Assembly: GCF_004339245.1 (NCBI RefSeq)
Contig: NZ_SMGG01000003.1
Coordinates: 87,106-151,105, forward strand
Length of the DNA stretch: 64,000 nucleotides
Direction: 5' to 3'
Source: Seleniivibrio woodruffii
GTDB lineage: Bacteria; Chrysiogenota; Deferribacteres; Deferribacterales; Geovibrionaceae
Position 1 is the first letter of the stretch, and every line of letters begins with the position of its first letter. Positions 49,332-60,067 of the stretch are shown one piece after another. The notes beneath the pieces are model-generated. The model worked only from the letters and a program-made list of their open reading frames with translations. It did not search any database and was not told where the DNA came from. A program made the position numbers and the translations under genes.

Positions 49332-52055
49332 ATGTCATTCTTAAGGCGCAGGCTGACAGCCGACCTGTCATTGACTGATATTGTAAGCCTTATTCTTTTA
49401 TCCGCTCTCGGATTTGCCGGAAACTACTTCAAAATCGGGATTTTCTTTAATGTAGACTTCCTTTTCGGAAGCATCTTCACAATGTATGCCGTCAAAAGAT
49501 ACGGAATGATCGGCGTTATTCCGGCATTCATAGCATCTTTATACACCTATACCCTCTGGAATCACCCATATGCAATAATAATCTTCACATCCGAAGCACT
49601 GTTTGTTGCGTTTCTGCGCAGAAAGGCCGCAGGGGTGATAGTCCACGACCTCATATACTGGCTGACCGCAGGACTGCTCCTGATATTCATATCGTACCAT
49701 TTCATAATGGGTGTTCCGGTTTCAACAGTCAAGCTTGTGATATTGAAGCAGAGCATAAACGGAATCGTCAACACCGTCTGCGCAACCATTCTTTTTTACG
49801 GTGTAAACTACTACGGCAAGATAACGGGTTCCGGTTTCAGGCGGATATCGTTCCGGCAGACCTTTTTCATACTCATACTGATGATAGCCGCTTTTCCGGC
49901 GATCGCATATGTGGTGTTCGGAGTTAAAACCCAGACAAATGAGATCACTGGGGAGCTGAAAGACGAACTGAACACCATGTACAACATGACCTCCATCTCC
50001 ATAGAATCCCTTCTGGACGAGGCCTACGGCAAGATAAACGGACTGGCGGATAAGGCCGCCTCCGAAGCCATGACGGATTCCGCCACCACCCTTGACGAAC
50101 ACATTGAGACTGTGCTCAATTCGTCTGAAATCTTCATCGGAATGGCTTTTCTAAGCCCCGACGCCAAAGCGGAGCATGTTTACATAAAAACGGATGAAAA
50201 AGTGAAACGGTTCAGCAATGTTGATTTCAGCGGTTCAGGCTATTACGAAGCCATAGGCAAAACCGATGCAACCTACGTTTCCGAAGCTACAAAAAGCTCT
50301 TTCAGGCCGGAGGGAACCCACGTTATCGTGATCATTAAACCTGTTAAGGACGAATCGGGATATCTGCTGGGGTTCATGCAGGCCAGTATGAATTTTGACA
50401 AAATACAGGGGCTTATGAGATCCGTCAGCAAGGATTCGGGCATAGACCTCACCCTTTCCGACAAAAACAGCACCGTGATAATAAACACTTCCGGCAGATT
50501 CAAAGGCGGCAATAAATTCAGCTATCCCGAAGGCTATGCGGCCTTTGACCACGACAGCAGAGGGATATTTATGAGTGCACCCATCCCTCAGAATAACCAC
50601 TCGGTTATGATCCGCTGGAGCAGTTCATTCTATGTCAAATCCGGAGAGCTTGCGCCTTCGGGACTCAAACTCACCGCACAGATGCCCCTTGCCTTACACA
50701 TGGGCAGAATAAACGATATCGGCTACAGGGCGCTTAAAATAATATATCTGGTCATAATACTCTGCATTGCCGCAGCAATGATAATCAGCAGACAGATATC
50801 CCTCCATCTGGAGAATCTTCAGACAAACACAGGGCTTATGCCGGAAAAGATACGCAAAGGGGAGAAAATTCCATCTGTTCAGTCTGTTTTTGCTGAAATA
50901 ACCGACCTTTCGGATCATTTTTCGGCAATGTCCAGACTGCTTTCCGAAAAATTCGGTGAGATAAGCCGCCAAAAGGGCGAACTTTCCCTGATAATGGACT
51001 CCATACCACTGATAATCTTTATGAAAGACACTGAAAACAACATAATCAGTGTAAACAGAACCGCCGCAGAAAGCATGGGGCTAAGCGCCTCAGGCACTGC
51101 AAGGCTCAACGTCTACAAACATTTCCCCTCTTTCGCAGACAGGGTTTATCACGACGACATAAAGGTCATAACCTCCAGATCACCTTTGCTGGGTATAATC
51201 CAGAAATATAACAGCCTGACCGTTAAGACCGACAAGATACCCGTCTTAAACGAAAAGGGGCAGGTGACCTCAATTCTGGTAATCTCAAGGGATATAACGG
51301 ACGAGCTGAAAGCTCAGGAAGAGAAGCAGAGGACACTGGAAACGCTTTATCAGCAGTCGAAAATGGCAGAGATGGGAGCCATGACAGCCGCCATTGCCCA
51401 CCAGTGGAAACAGCCTCTGAGCACTGTTTCGATTCTGACTCAGATGATTGAGTCCGAAATTTCCGACGGAAACCTCACGAACGAATCCCTTCTGACATAC
51501 ACAGGGCTGATGCTTAAGAACACTGATTTCATGAGCCAGACTGCGGACGATTTCACCCATTTCTTCAAGACTGAAAAGAAGAAGCAGATGTTCCGCCCCT
51601 GCGACACCATAACTGAGATATACGGAATAATTGACTCCCAGTTCCGCAGATACGGCATTGAGTTTATAACCAGAGAGCATGCACATTTCAGCGTTTACGG
51701 GTTTAAGAACGAGTTCAAACAGGTCTGTCTGAACCTTCTGGTGAACGCCAAAGATGCTCTGGCTGGCTCAAAAAAGGAAGATAAGCGGATTGAGGTTGCA
51801 TTCAGTCAGGATGATAACTACCGGATAATGACCTTTGAGGACAACGGCGGAGGGATATCGGAAGAACTTCTGCCGGACAGACTGTTTGAGATGTATCAGA
51901 CATCCAAAGGCGAAAGCGGAACAGGAATAGGCCTGTACATATGCAGGTCCATCATAGAGAACCATATGGGCGGAAAAATAACGGCTGAGAACACGGACAA
52001 AGGAGCAAGATTCACAATATATCTGCCGTCCGATCAGACGATAGCCCATGCCTGA
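49332..52055 (+). CDS. Sensor histidine kinase with N-terminal polytopic membrane domain, extracytoplasmic Cache-like region, PAS, HisKA and HATPase_c
   Basis: H-box AIAHQWKQPL and G-box GTGIGLYICRS. Paralogue of the next gene. The listed start at 49320 is TTG. Confidence 0.8.
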   Translation: MSFLRRRLTADLSLTDIVSLILLSALGFAGNYFKIGIFFNVDFLFGSIFTMYAVKRYGMIGVIPAFIASLYTYTLWNHPYAIIIFTSEALFVAFLRRKAAGVIVHDLIYWLTAGLLLIFISYHFIMGVPVSTVKLVILKQSINGIVNTVCATILFYGVNYYGKITGSGFRRISFRQTFFILILMIAAFPAIAYVVFGVKTQTNEITGELKDELNTMYNMTSISIESLLDEAYGKINGLADKAASEAMTDSATTLDEHIETVLNSSEIFIGMAFLSPDAKAEHVYIKTDEKVKRFSNVDFSGSGYYEAIGKTDATYVSEATKSSFRPEGTHVIVIIKPVKDESGYLLGFMQASMNFDKIQGLMRSVSKDSGIDLTLSDKNSTVIINTSGRFKGGNKFSYPEGYAAFDHDSRGIFMSAPIPQNNHSVMIRWSSSFYVKSGELAPSGLKLTAQMPLALHMGRINDIGYRALKIIYLVIILCIAAAMIISRQISLHLENLQTNTGLMPEKIRKGEKIPSVQSVFAEITDLSDHFSAMSRLLSEKFGEISRQKGELSLIMDSIPLIIFMKDTENNIISVNRTAAESMGLSASGTARLNVYKHFPSFADRVYHDDIKVITSRSPLLGIIQKYNSLTVKTDKIPVLNEKGQVTSILVISRDITDELKAQEEKQRTLETLYQQSKMAEMGAMTAAIAHQWKQPLSTVSILTQMIESEISDGNLTNESLLTYTGLMLKNTDFMSQTADDFTHFFKTEKKKQMFRPCDTITEIYGIIDSQFRRYGIEFITREHAHFSVYGFKNEFKQVCLNLLVNAKDALAGSKKEDKRIEVAFSQDDNYRIMTFEDNGGGISEELLPDRLFEMYQTSKGESGTGIGLYICRSIIENHMGGKITAENTDKGARFTIYLPSDQTIAHA

Positions 52056-52136
52056 AACACCATTGATATTTGATATGTCATCGGCTTTCTGGTATAGAAT
52101 ATAAAAGTTTATTTAATTCACAAGCGGGAGCTCGGT

Positions 52137-54854
52137 TTGTCAGAAACTATACGGAAATATGCCGGAACATTTACTGGAACGGTTCTGCTCGGCCTTTTGG
52201 GCTATTTTGCAAACCTCGATAAATTTGAGCTTTTCTTCAATGTCGACTTTCTTTTCGGCGGAGTATTTTCCGTCATTGCAATAAAGAGATACGGTTTATT
52301 CGGAGTCATTTCCGCCGCAATAGCCGCAGCGGGAACCTACGTACACTGGAACCACCCCTACGCAGTTATAATCTTCACAGCCGAGGCTCTGGCGCTGGCA
52401 CGTTTTTACAGCGAGCGGGAGGACATAATCCTTATCGATGTTCTCTACTGGCTGACGGGCGGTCTGGTTCTGGTTTTCTTCTTCTATTCGGGCATAATGG
52501 GCATGAGCGCAGCATCCGCCGCAATCGTGTATCTTAAGCAGAGCATAAACGGAATAATAAACACCCTGATCGCCTCTGTGGCTCTCTGCCTGATAAATCT
52601 CATTGCGAAAGAAGCGGGGCTGAAACACAGTAAGGTTCCCCTGCGCTCGGTCATTTTCGGAACCATCCTGCTGATAACCGTTCTGCCCATGGTGTTTTAC
52701 ATCATCTCAAATATCCGTCACCAGACTCAGGAGATGCAGGATGAGATGCGGAGAAAGCTAACAGCAATGACGAACGCCGCAGTGCTCTCCGGTAACAACG
52801 TTTTCGTGGCAAGCTATTCCAGCCTGAACATTCTGGCCGCCAACCTGAAAAATTATGTCGACGAAACAGGTGTGAACCTTAAGGGTGAGGATCATATAAC
52901 CGCTATTCTAAGCTCATCCGACACCTTCCTCGGGATGGGTTTCATCAACAGGGACAAAATGGCCGCTCCGCTCTATGCAGAGGAGGAGAACGGTCTTAAG
53001 CGGTATTTCGGAAACGACTACAGCGACAGACCCTACTATGCAGAGGCGGCGGCAACGGATAAGATAATCGTTACCGAAGCCCGGAAAAGCAACCTGCTCA
53101 ATCTGAACAACCCCATACTCATCCTTGTGAAAGCGATGAGAGATGATTCAGGAGAAGTGATAGGCTACGTTCAGGGAGGGATACAGTTCCGCTCCATCTA
53201 CAGCCTTATGAACTCCATAACCAGCGACTCGGGTATTTTCCTGACGCTCACCGATATAAACAGAAAACGGATAATCTCCACCAATCCGGCATATCAGGGG
53301 ATGGCATCCATCCCTGTTCTGAGCAGTGACGGCATAATTGAGGATTTCGGCGACGGAATATATCTGCGCACAACCAGACCGCAGGCGAACACTTCTGTAA
53401 TGACCCGCTGGAACAACTCCTACATGATAAAAAGCGTTAAGCTGGAGCACGGAAAAGGCATGGTGCTCACAGCGGAAATGCCTATGACCTCATACGTTAA
53501 GCATATAAATCAGCTCGGTTTTCAGGCTCTGACGGTGATATACGTTTCCATCATAATATCAGTCCTTCTGGCATTTTTCATAAGCAGAAGAGCCGCAAGA
53601 CACCTGAAACAGCTTTCGGACAGAACAGCCGGAATATCCAGCAGACTGGACACACAGGGGGCTGATGTCTGGCCGAACTCCATTTTCAGCGAGGTTACAG
53701 ACCTTTCCGGAAACTTCAGGCATATGGAGGAGGAGATAACTGATCATTTCCGCCAGATAAGCATGCAGAAGACCGAACTTGAGGTCATTCTGGACTCGAT
53801 ACCGCTCATTGTCTTCCTTAAGGACACAAAGAACCACATCATCTTCGCAAACATGGAAGCGAAAAAGCATGTTCTCTTTGAAGACAACAAAAAGATGCAC
53901 ACCAGAGATATATTCGGAAATGAGCACGAACGCTTCTATTCCGACGACAAGATAGTCATGGAAACCAAACGGCCGCTCAGAAAGATAGTCCAGAGCTATC
54001 CGTTCAGTTCCGGACACATAACTGTGCTCACCGACAAGATACCCCTTTTCAAAGAGGACGGAACCATAAGAGCCATTCTGGTAATTTCCAGAGACATAAC
54101 CGAAGAGCTGAAAGCGCAGGAGGAGAAGCAACGTACCCTGGAGGTACTCTATCAGCAGTCGAAAATGGCGGAGATGGGAGCCATGATAGGTGCGATAGCC
54201 CACCAGTGGAAACAGCCCCTCAACTCAATAGCACTGATAACCCAGCTTATCGAAGAGGACGCATCGGACGATACTGTTTCCGAAGAGACGCTTCTCAGAA
54301 ACACAGGCGTCATAATGCGCAATATAGAATTTATGAGCCAGACGGTGAACGACTTTACTGGATTTTTTAAGCAGACAAAAACAAAAGAGGATTTTAAACC
54401 CTGCGAGACCGTGACCGAGGTTTACGGCCTGCTGGACAGACAGTTCGTCAAGAACGGCATAGAGGTCAGGTTCCACGAGCATAAACATTTCAGCATACAC
54501 GGCATAAAGAATGAATTCAAACAGGTCTGCCTGAATATCCTGAATAACGCTAAAGAGGCTCTGATAGCCTCCGGAAACGAAAACAAGCGCATCGACGTAT
54601 ACTACGAACACGACGATCTGCTGAATAAGATAATAATAGAGGACAACGGAGGGGGCATTCCGGAACATCTTCTCCCCTCGAAGCTGTTTGAGATGTACTC
54701 AACAACGAAGGACGAAGGCGGAACAGGCCTCGGACTTTACATATGCAAGTCCATAATAGAAGAACACATGGGCGGAAAGATTGTTGCTGAAAACACCCTG
54801 ACAGGAGCAAGATTCATAATCATGCTGCCCGCAGACGGTGTCAGTTCTTCATAA
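52137..54854 (+). CDS. Sensor histidine kinase, tandem paralogue of the preceding gene
   Basis: Same architecture as the preceding kinase. TTG start with a GGGAG Shine-Dalgarno. H-box AIAHQWKQPL. Confidence 0.8.
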   Translation: MSETIRKYAGTFTGTVLLGLLGYFANLDKFELFFNVDFLFGGVFSVIAIKRYGLFGVISAAIAAAGTYVHWNHPYAVIIFTAEALALARFYSEREDIILIDVLYWLTGGLVLVFFFYSGIMGMSAASAAIVYLKQSINGIINTLIASVALCLINLIAKEAGLKHSKVPLRSVIFGTILLITVLPMVFYIISNIRHQTQEMQDEMRRKLTAMTNAAVLSGNNVFVASYSSLNILAANLKNYVDETGVNLKGEDHITAILSSSDTFLGMGFINRDKMAAPLYAEEENGLKRYFGNDYSDRPYYAEAAATDKIIVTEARKSNLLNLNNPILILVKAMRDDSGEVIGYVQGGIQFRSIYSLMNSITSDSGIFLTLTDINRKRIISTNPAYQGMASIPVLSSDGIIEDFGDGIYLRTTRPQANTSVMTRWNNSYMIKSVKLEHGKGMVLTAEMPMTSYVKHINQLGFQALTVIYVSIIISVLLAFFISRRAARHLKQLSDRTAGISSRLDTQGADVWPNSIFSEVTDLSGNFRHMEEEITDHFRQISMQKTELEVILDSIPLIVFLKDTKNHIIFANMEAKKHVLFEDNKKMHTRDIFGNEHERFYSDDKIVMETKRPLRKIVQSYPFSSGHITVLTDKIPLFKEDGTIRAILVISRDITEELKAQEEKQRTLEVLYQQSKMAEMGAMIGAIAHQWKQPLNSIALITQLIEEDASDDTVSEETLLRNTGVIMRNIEFMSQTVNDFTGFFKQTKTKEDFKPCETVTEVYGLLDRQFVKNGIEVRFHEHKHFSIHGIKNEFKQVCLNILNNAKEALIASGNENKRIDVYYEHDDLLNKIIIEDNGGGIPEHLLPSKLFEMYSTTKDEGGTGLGLYICKSIIEEHMGGKIVAENTLTGARFIIMLPADGVSSS

Positions 54855-55719
54855 AATACCAGGTTCCGAAACTGACCGCCAGCACACCCGGCAGAACAGA
54901 AACATCCGGCAGTCCGTTGCCCAGCAGAAAATTTTCAGCCAGCACAAACAGCGGAATTATATAAATATAGCTCATAACCTTGCTAACAGGCAGCCGTCTG
55001 CCAGCATACTGAATGATGAAGAAAGTCACTGCCGTGGTAAACACCGTAAGATATCCGAGTCCCAGATAAAGCCTGAGCGGCAGTTCGCTCCAGTTTGTAC
55101 GAACAATGTCCGTGTTCGCCCAAAAAGCAAGAACGGCAGCTCCCGTTGCCAGTGTCCAGAAGGTCAGAACAGGCGTAGGTTCATCCTTTGCCAGAAGCTT
55201 TGAAAGAACCGGATACATTCCCATACCCATGCATCCCGCAACGAATATCATATCACCCTTATTAAATTTCAGGCTTACCAGATTCTCAGCAGAACCGCCT
55301 GCTATCACCCAAACAGCCCCAAGCATCACAACACCCAGCACAGCGGCCTTACCCGCATTCGGAACCTCTTTAAGGAACAGTGCACCGTATATGGTCGTAA
55401 ACACAGGCACAAGGGTATATTCCACTCCGGTGTTGGCGGCGGTGGTGTAGCGCAGAGCGGTGAACATGCACACAAAATAGATCACCAGACAAAGGCTTAT
55501 AAATGTATAGCGCACAATGCGGCAGGGTTTGGGAATCTTTATTCCGTGGGAAAACCCCACATATATGCCGAAAATCACCGAGCCCATAAAAAATCGTGCA
55601 AAAGTGAGCACCACAGGGTTTATATCCCCCGCTATGGAATGCCCCACATGGAAAGTTCCGGAGATCAGCAGAGCGTAGATCATCATTAAGACGTGAGGGT
55701 TCTGAATATATTTTTTCAT
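54841..55719 (-). CDS. DMT-superfamily (EamA-like) transporter
   Basis: 10-TM protein containing two EamA-type repeats. Confidence 0.75.
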   Translation of the reverse strand: MKKYIQNPHVLMMIYALLISGTFHVGHSIAGDINPVVLTFARFFMGSVIFGIYVGFSHGIKIPKPCRIVRYTFISLCLVIYFVCMFTALRYTTAANTGVEYTLVPVFTTIYGALFLKEVPNAGKAAVLGVVMLGAVWVIAGGSAENLVSLKFNKGDMIFVAGCMGMGMYPVLSKLLAKDEPTPVLTFWTLATGAAVLAFWANTDIVRTNWSELPLRLYLGLGYLTVFTTAVTFFIIQYAGRRLPVSKVMSYIYIIPLFVLAENFLLGNGLPDVSVLPGVLAVSFGTWYFMKN

Positions 55720-55805
55720 CGGCGGATTATATCATTTCCCGCAGGTTTGTCAGCTTTTTATCCTCACAGGTGGTATATTTGCTTATAAAACCACCGGAGG
55801 CCCTC

Positions 55806-57275
55806 ATGCTGGAAAGTTTCGAAAAGGCCGAAAAGATATCAAAAAGCGACTACACTGACGAGCTGAACCGACTGCGAACCGAACTTATAAACGCTCAATA
55901 CGAGTTCAAAAAATATAAACGCCCCATGATCCTTATCCTGACTGGTCTGGACGGTGCAGGGAAGGGGGATCTGGTGAATTTCATGGCCGACATAATGGAT
56001 ACCAGACTCCTTGAGACATCGACCTTCTGGCAGGAGACCGACGAGGAGAAGGAACGCCCCTATTATTACCGATTCTGGAACGCTATGCCCCAGGGCGGCA
56101 AACTGAGCATATATTTCAACGGATGGTACGACAAGACCATCCGCAGGGCTCTGGAGGACGGCGACAGTCCTGATGCTTTCACAAAAGGGCTTGAAGAGGC
56201 CGCCGATCTGGAAAAGATGCTTTCGCTGGACGGAACGGTAATAGTCAAGGTATGGGCGCACATCAGCAAAAAGGAACAGAAGAAACGCCACGAAAAACTG
56301 GTTAAAAAATCCGATAAATCCGAAGAGATAAGCAAACGTGCCCTCTGGTATTTCAGCAAATACGACAGGATAGTCGAATGTGCCGAAGCCGCATACAAGG
56401 CCACCCACAATGAGTTTGCCCCATGGGAGGTAATCGACTGCACGGACAGACGAACCCGTGAGATAAGGTTTCTTCAGGTCATCCTGAACCATATGAACCG
56501 TGCGCTGAAAGGACAGATGCCGAAAAGCCGCACGGAAAACCTTACAGGGCTTGCGTTTCCCAACGTTCTGGGCAGCCTGAAACAAAACTCTGAAACCGAT
56601 CCGAAGGTCTACCGCAATGAGCTTGACGGACTGGTTGAAGATCTTAAGCCGCTGGCATGGGAGGCTTTCCGCAAGGGTCTGAGCACCATGATAGTTTTTG
56701 AAGGATGGGACGCAGCAGGCAAAGGCGGGGCAATACGAAGACTTTTGCGGGCTTTCGATATGCGCCTTTCAAAAGTGACATCCATCGCCGCACCCTCTTC
56801 CGAAGAACTCTCACGCCACTACCTCTGGCGTTTCTGGCGGCAGGTTCCGCGTGCGGGCAGAATAGCCATATTCGACCGTTCATGGTACGGCAGGGTGCTG
56901 GTTGAACGTCTGGAGAAGATAACTCCCCCCGCCGACTGGTTCAGAGGGTATTCAGAGATAAACAGTTTTGAAAAGCATCTCTCCGACAAAGGCGTTCATC
57001 TGGTGAAATTCTTCCTGCATATAACCGATGAGGAACAGCTTGCACGCTTCAAGGAACGTCAGGAGATACCCTGGAAACAGCATAAGATAACCGATGAGGA
57101 CTGGCGCAACAGAGAGAAGAACGGGGAATATCTGGACGCTTACAACGAAATGTTCTTCAAGACCAGCACAAAGCATGCGCCATGGACGATAGTGCCCGCC
57201 AACGACAAGCGGGGAGCGAGAATTGAGATACTGAAACAACTTAAGACCAGTTTCACAAAGATGCTGAACAAATAG
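55806..57275 (+). CDS. ppk2: Two-domain polyphosphate kinase 2 family enzyme (polyP:AMP/ADP phosphotransferase-like)
   Basis: Two PPK2 P-loop kinase domains (GLDGAGKGD and GWDAAGKGG Walker A). GGAGG Shine-Dalgarno before ATG 55806. Confidence 0.85.
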   Translation: MLESFEKAEKISKSDYTDELNRLRTELINAQYEFKKYKRPMILILTGLDGAGKGDLVNFMADIMDTRLLETSTFWQETDEEKERPYYYRFWNAMPQGGKLSIYFNGWYDKTIRRALEDGDSPDAFTKGLEEAADLEKMLSLDGTVIVKVWAHISKKEQKKRHEKLVKKSDKSEEISKRALWYFSKYDRIVECAEAAYKATHNEFAPWEVIDCTDRRTREIRFLQVILNHMNRALKGQMPKSRTENLTGLAFPNVLGSLKQNSETDPKVYRNELDGLVEDLKPLAWEAFRKGLSTMIVFEGWDAAGKGGAIRRLLRAFDMRLSKVTSIAAPSSEELSRHYLWRFWRQVPRAGRIAIFDRSWYGRVLVERLEKITPPADWFRGYSEINSFEKHLSDKGVHLVKFFLHITDEEQLARFKERQEIPWKQHKITDEDWRNREKNGEYLDAYNEMFFKTSTKHAPWTIVPANDKRGARIEILKQLKTSFTKMLNK

Positions 57276-57299
57276 AAAAAAGGGCGGCTCAGGCCGCCC
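57275..57299 (-). terminator. Terminator for yajQ (hairpin shared with the ppk2 3' end)
   Basis: GGGCGGC-tcag-GCCGCCC stem. An A6 run on plus gives a T-run on the minus strand. Confidence 0.65.
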
Positions 57300-57307
57300 G
57301 TTATGCT

Positions 57308-57799
57308 TTAGCTTTTCATATTTACGAACTGAAGCGGAACGTCCATTTCCGAGGTCTTCATAAGCTGAATAACAGTCTGAAGGTCGTCTATCTTCTTTCC
57401 TTCAACACGGACACGCTCGTCCATGATGGATGCGTTCACTTTCAGCTTGGCATCTTTTATGAGCTTTACGATCTTTTTTGCGTTGTCCTTGCCCAGTCCC
57501 TCTTCGATCTTTATCTCAAATTTTCTGTGGCCTTTGGATGTGTTCTCCGGCTCGCCGAAGCTGAACACTCTGGCATCGATTCCCCTTTTTGAGCCGTGCT
57601 TTATCATCATTTCACGGATGGCCTGACCTTTCATGTCGTCCCCCGTAGTCACTTTGATAACCTTGTCCTTTTTGTTCAGGTCGATCTCAGTGTCGGTGCC
57701 CTTAAAATCGAATCTGCTGTCAACCTCACGCTTAACAAGGTTTACAGCGTTGTCCAGTTCCTGCATATCGATTTCGTTCACAATGTCAAATGAAGGCAT
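57308..57799 (-). CDS. yajQ: YajQ/UPF0234-family nucleotide (c-di-GMP)-binding protein
   Basis: Begins MPSFDIVNEIDMQELDNAVN. 163 aa. Confidence 0.88.
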   Translation of the reverse strand: MPSFDIVNEIDMQELDNAVNLVKREVDSRFDFKGTDTEIDLNKKDKVIKVTTGDDMKGQAIREMMIKHGSKRGIDARVFSFGEPENTSKGHRKFEIKIEEGLGKDNAKKIVKLIKDAKLKVNASIMDERVRVEGKKIDDLQTVIQLMKTSEMDVPLQFVNMKS

Positions 57800-57870
57800 T
57801 TAATCCCCTCCGTTATTTTGTCTATACCAAATAATCATTGATTTTACTGCAAATCAAGCGATAATTTCCT

Positions 57871-59535
57871 ATGAGATTTTTTTGCAGTAAAGACTGCCCC
57901 GACACCTGCGCCATTGAGGCGGAAATCGTAAACGGAAAACCCGTGTTCAAGGGAGTTGCCGAAAGCTGGCAGAAGACCGGATTCGTCTGCTCAAAATTCA
58001 AAGTATTTGCCGAGCGTGAGATAGGAACCTCTGTCAGATCATACAGACGCATAGACGGCAATAATCACTATTTCGATAATGACGAAGCCGCTGTGGGCGC
58101 AATGGCGGAAATGCTGGAGCAGTACCGTCACAAAAAGATACTCTATCTGAAAGGCTCCGGAAGTCTAGGCTACAACATGGGCTACTGGGACAGGCTGATG
58201 AGCGGTTTTGAGCACGCATACAAAATAAAAGGCAATGTGTGCGATGTTACGGGCGAGGACGCACACGAGGCGGACTTCGGCACACCTCTTAACCCGCCTG
58301 TGGAGAATATTGCGGACTGCGATACGGCAATCCTGTTCGGAAAGAATGCCGCTGTGGTCAGTCAGCACCTTTTCGCCTATCTTAAAGAGCTGAAAAAGCA
58401 CGGCCTTAAAATAATATACATAGACCCCATACGCACGAAAACGGCAGATATCGCCGACAGATATATCCCAATACGCCCGGCCTGCGACGGCCTGCTTGCG
58501 GCGGCGCTCATGACCTCTTTGGGGCTTGAGGACGGACACGACACGGAGAGATATCTCAGCCGAGCCGGAATTTCTGCTGAAGATTTCGAATATCTGAAGA
58601 GCAGTATAAGCTCAGGCAGAACAGCTTTTATTCAGGGATTCGGCATCCAGAGGAACCCCAACGGCATGAACATCGTCAGGCTGATAAACCGTCTGGCGGT
58701 CAAGTCCGGCAACGAAAGAAATCTTTTTTACGGGCATGCATCAAAACGCTACTGGAAAGGCTTGGGCGTTAAATTCAATAATTCTGTGCCCATAAACGAG
58801 GTAGCACAGCGTCTGGCCGAAAGCGAGTTCGACCTGTTCGTTAACGTTGCCGCCAACCCCGCAATGACCTTTGCCGATGCTAAAAACTGGATGAAAGGCA
58901 TAGAGCGGACGCCAACCATAGTTGTTGACGTTCAGTCCAACAGAACATCCGAAAACTGCGACCTGTTCATCCGAACAGGCGGCATCTTCGCCCAGCAGGA
59001 CTTAATGGCAAGCTACTTTTTCGAACACGCCCACAGCCGTGACAGACTGACCAATGAGCTGTCCGATACCGATATAGTAAGCAGGCTAAGTACGCTGTTG
59101 AACATCCCGGTGAATATGGCCGAACCGGAGAGTGCCATTCCTGAGGGCAGACAGTTCAGAGATGAATTTGTAAGGCCTCTGTTTCCTGAGGAACACGGCA
59201 GGTTCAGCCTTATGAGCATGTCACACCACGCATATCTGAACTCCCAGACACTGCCGCAAATTGCCGAAGGGCTGAAAAAAGCATACATTAATCCTGCCGA
59301 TGCGGCAGAACTGAGCGTAGCCGATGGCGACGTGCTGAAAATCTCCACGGAGACGGGCTGTTACACCGCCTATGCGGAAATATCAGACAGAGTTTCGCCG
59401 AAGGTTATTATGAGCTGGAAGAACATTCCCATGCTTGAGGGCTGTATAAACGATGCCATTCCCCCGATACTTACGGATTCGGGCAACGGACTGGTGTATT
59501 ACGGCATTCCGGCGGACGTTGCTAAAGTTCTCTGA
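57871..59535 (+). CDS. Small cytoplasmic molybdopterin (Mo-bisPGD) oxidoreductase family protein, substrate unknown
   Basis: N-terminal CSKDCPDTC Fe-S motif and a C-terminal molybdopterin-binding beta-barrel (VLKISTETGCYTAYAEI). No Tat signal. Confidence 0.6.
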   Translation: MRFFCSKDCPDTCAIEAEIVNGKPVFKGVAESWQKTGFVCSKFKVFAEREIGTSVRSYRRIDGNNHYFDNDEAAVGAMAEMLEQYRHKKILYLKGSGSLGYNMGYWDRLMSGFEHAYKIKGNVCDVTGEDAHEADFGTPLNPPVENIADCDTAILFGKNAAVVSQHLFAYLKELKKHGLKIIYIDPIRTKTADIADRYIPIRPACDGLLAAALMTSLGLEDGHDTERYLSRAGISAEDFEYLKSSISSGRTAFIQGFGIQRNPNGMNIVRLINRLAVKSGNERNLFYGHASKRYWKGLGVKFNNSVPINEVAQRLAESEFDLFVNVAANPAMTFADAKNWMKGIERTPTIVVDVQSNRTSENCDLFIRTGGIFAQQDLMASYFFEHAHSRDRLTNELSDTDIVSRLSTLLNIPVNMAEPESAIPEGRQFRDEFVRPLFPEEHGRFSLMSMSHHAYLNSQTLPQIAEGLKKAYINPADAAELSVADGDVLKISTETGCYTAYAEISDRVSPKVIMSWKNIPMLEGCINDAIPPILTDSGNGLVYYGIPADVAKVL

Positions 59536-60067
59536 CGATATCCCTGAGTGTTTTTATCTCCCTGTAAAAGGATATCCCAGCAACTCCCTTGTAGCCTTTT
59601 CCTTTAAGCTGGCTCACATTTAACGTGCCGATGCCGCCCAGTGCGTATATGTCTTTTCCCAGACCGGACACATCCTGAACTCCAAGCGGCCTGACCTCGT
59701 AATCTTTCTGAGTATGAAATATCGGACTCAGCATATAATATGTCGCCTTATTATCGATTATCTCATCAACTGAATGGGCGGAATATCCTGTAGCCAGAGA
59801 GGTGTCTATCCCCTCTTTCCATGTGTTCACGCCGAGCTGAACCCCGTAATATCCAAGAATGGCGGCTATTTCCTCCCGCTCAGAAAGGATCAGCCTGTGC
59901 TCCGGCAGTGCATCTTTCAGCCTCTTAGCCTCTGCATACACAAGCTCAACAGGGCGATTCTTTATCCTGAGCCAGATAATGTCCGCAAAGGGAGCCGTAC
60001 CCACCGCTATGTTCAGCCAGTCCGACCCCATGCTGTCGTAGTCTATTATCTGGACTATCTCCATCAT
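59522..60067 (-). CDS. ThiE/TenI-like (thiamine-phosphate synthase fold) protein
   Basis: 181-aa TIM-barrel-like protein (YALGGIG, GVAGIS). Start overlaps the glnE stop by 4 nt. Confidence 0.55.
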   Translation of the reverse strand: MMEIVQIIDYDSMGSDWLNIAVGTAPFADIIWLRIKNRPVELVYAEAKRLKDALPEHRLILSEREEIAAILGYYGVQLGVNTWKEGIDTSLATGYSAHSVDEIIDNKATYYMLSPIFHTQKDYEVRPLGVQDVSGLGKDIYALGGIGTLNVSQLKGKGYKGVAGISFYREIKTLRDIVREL

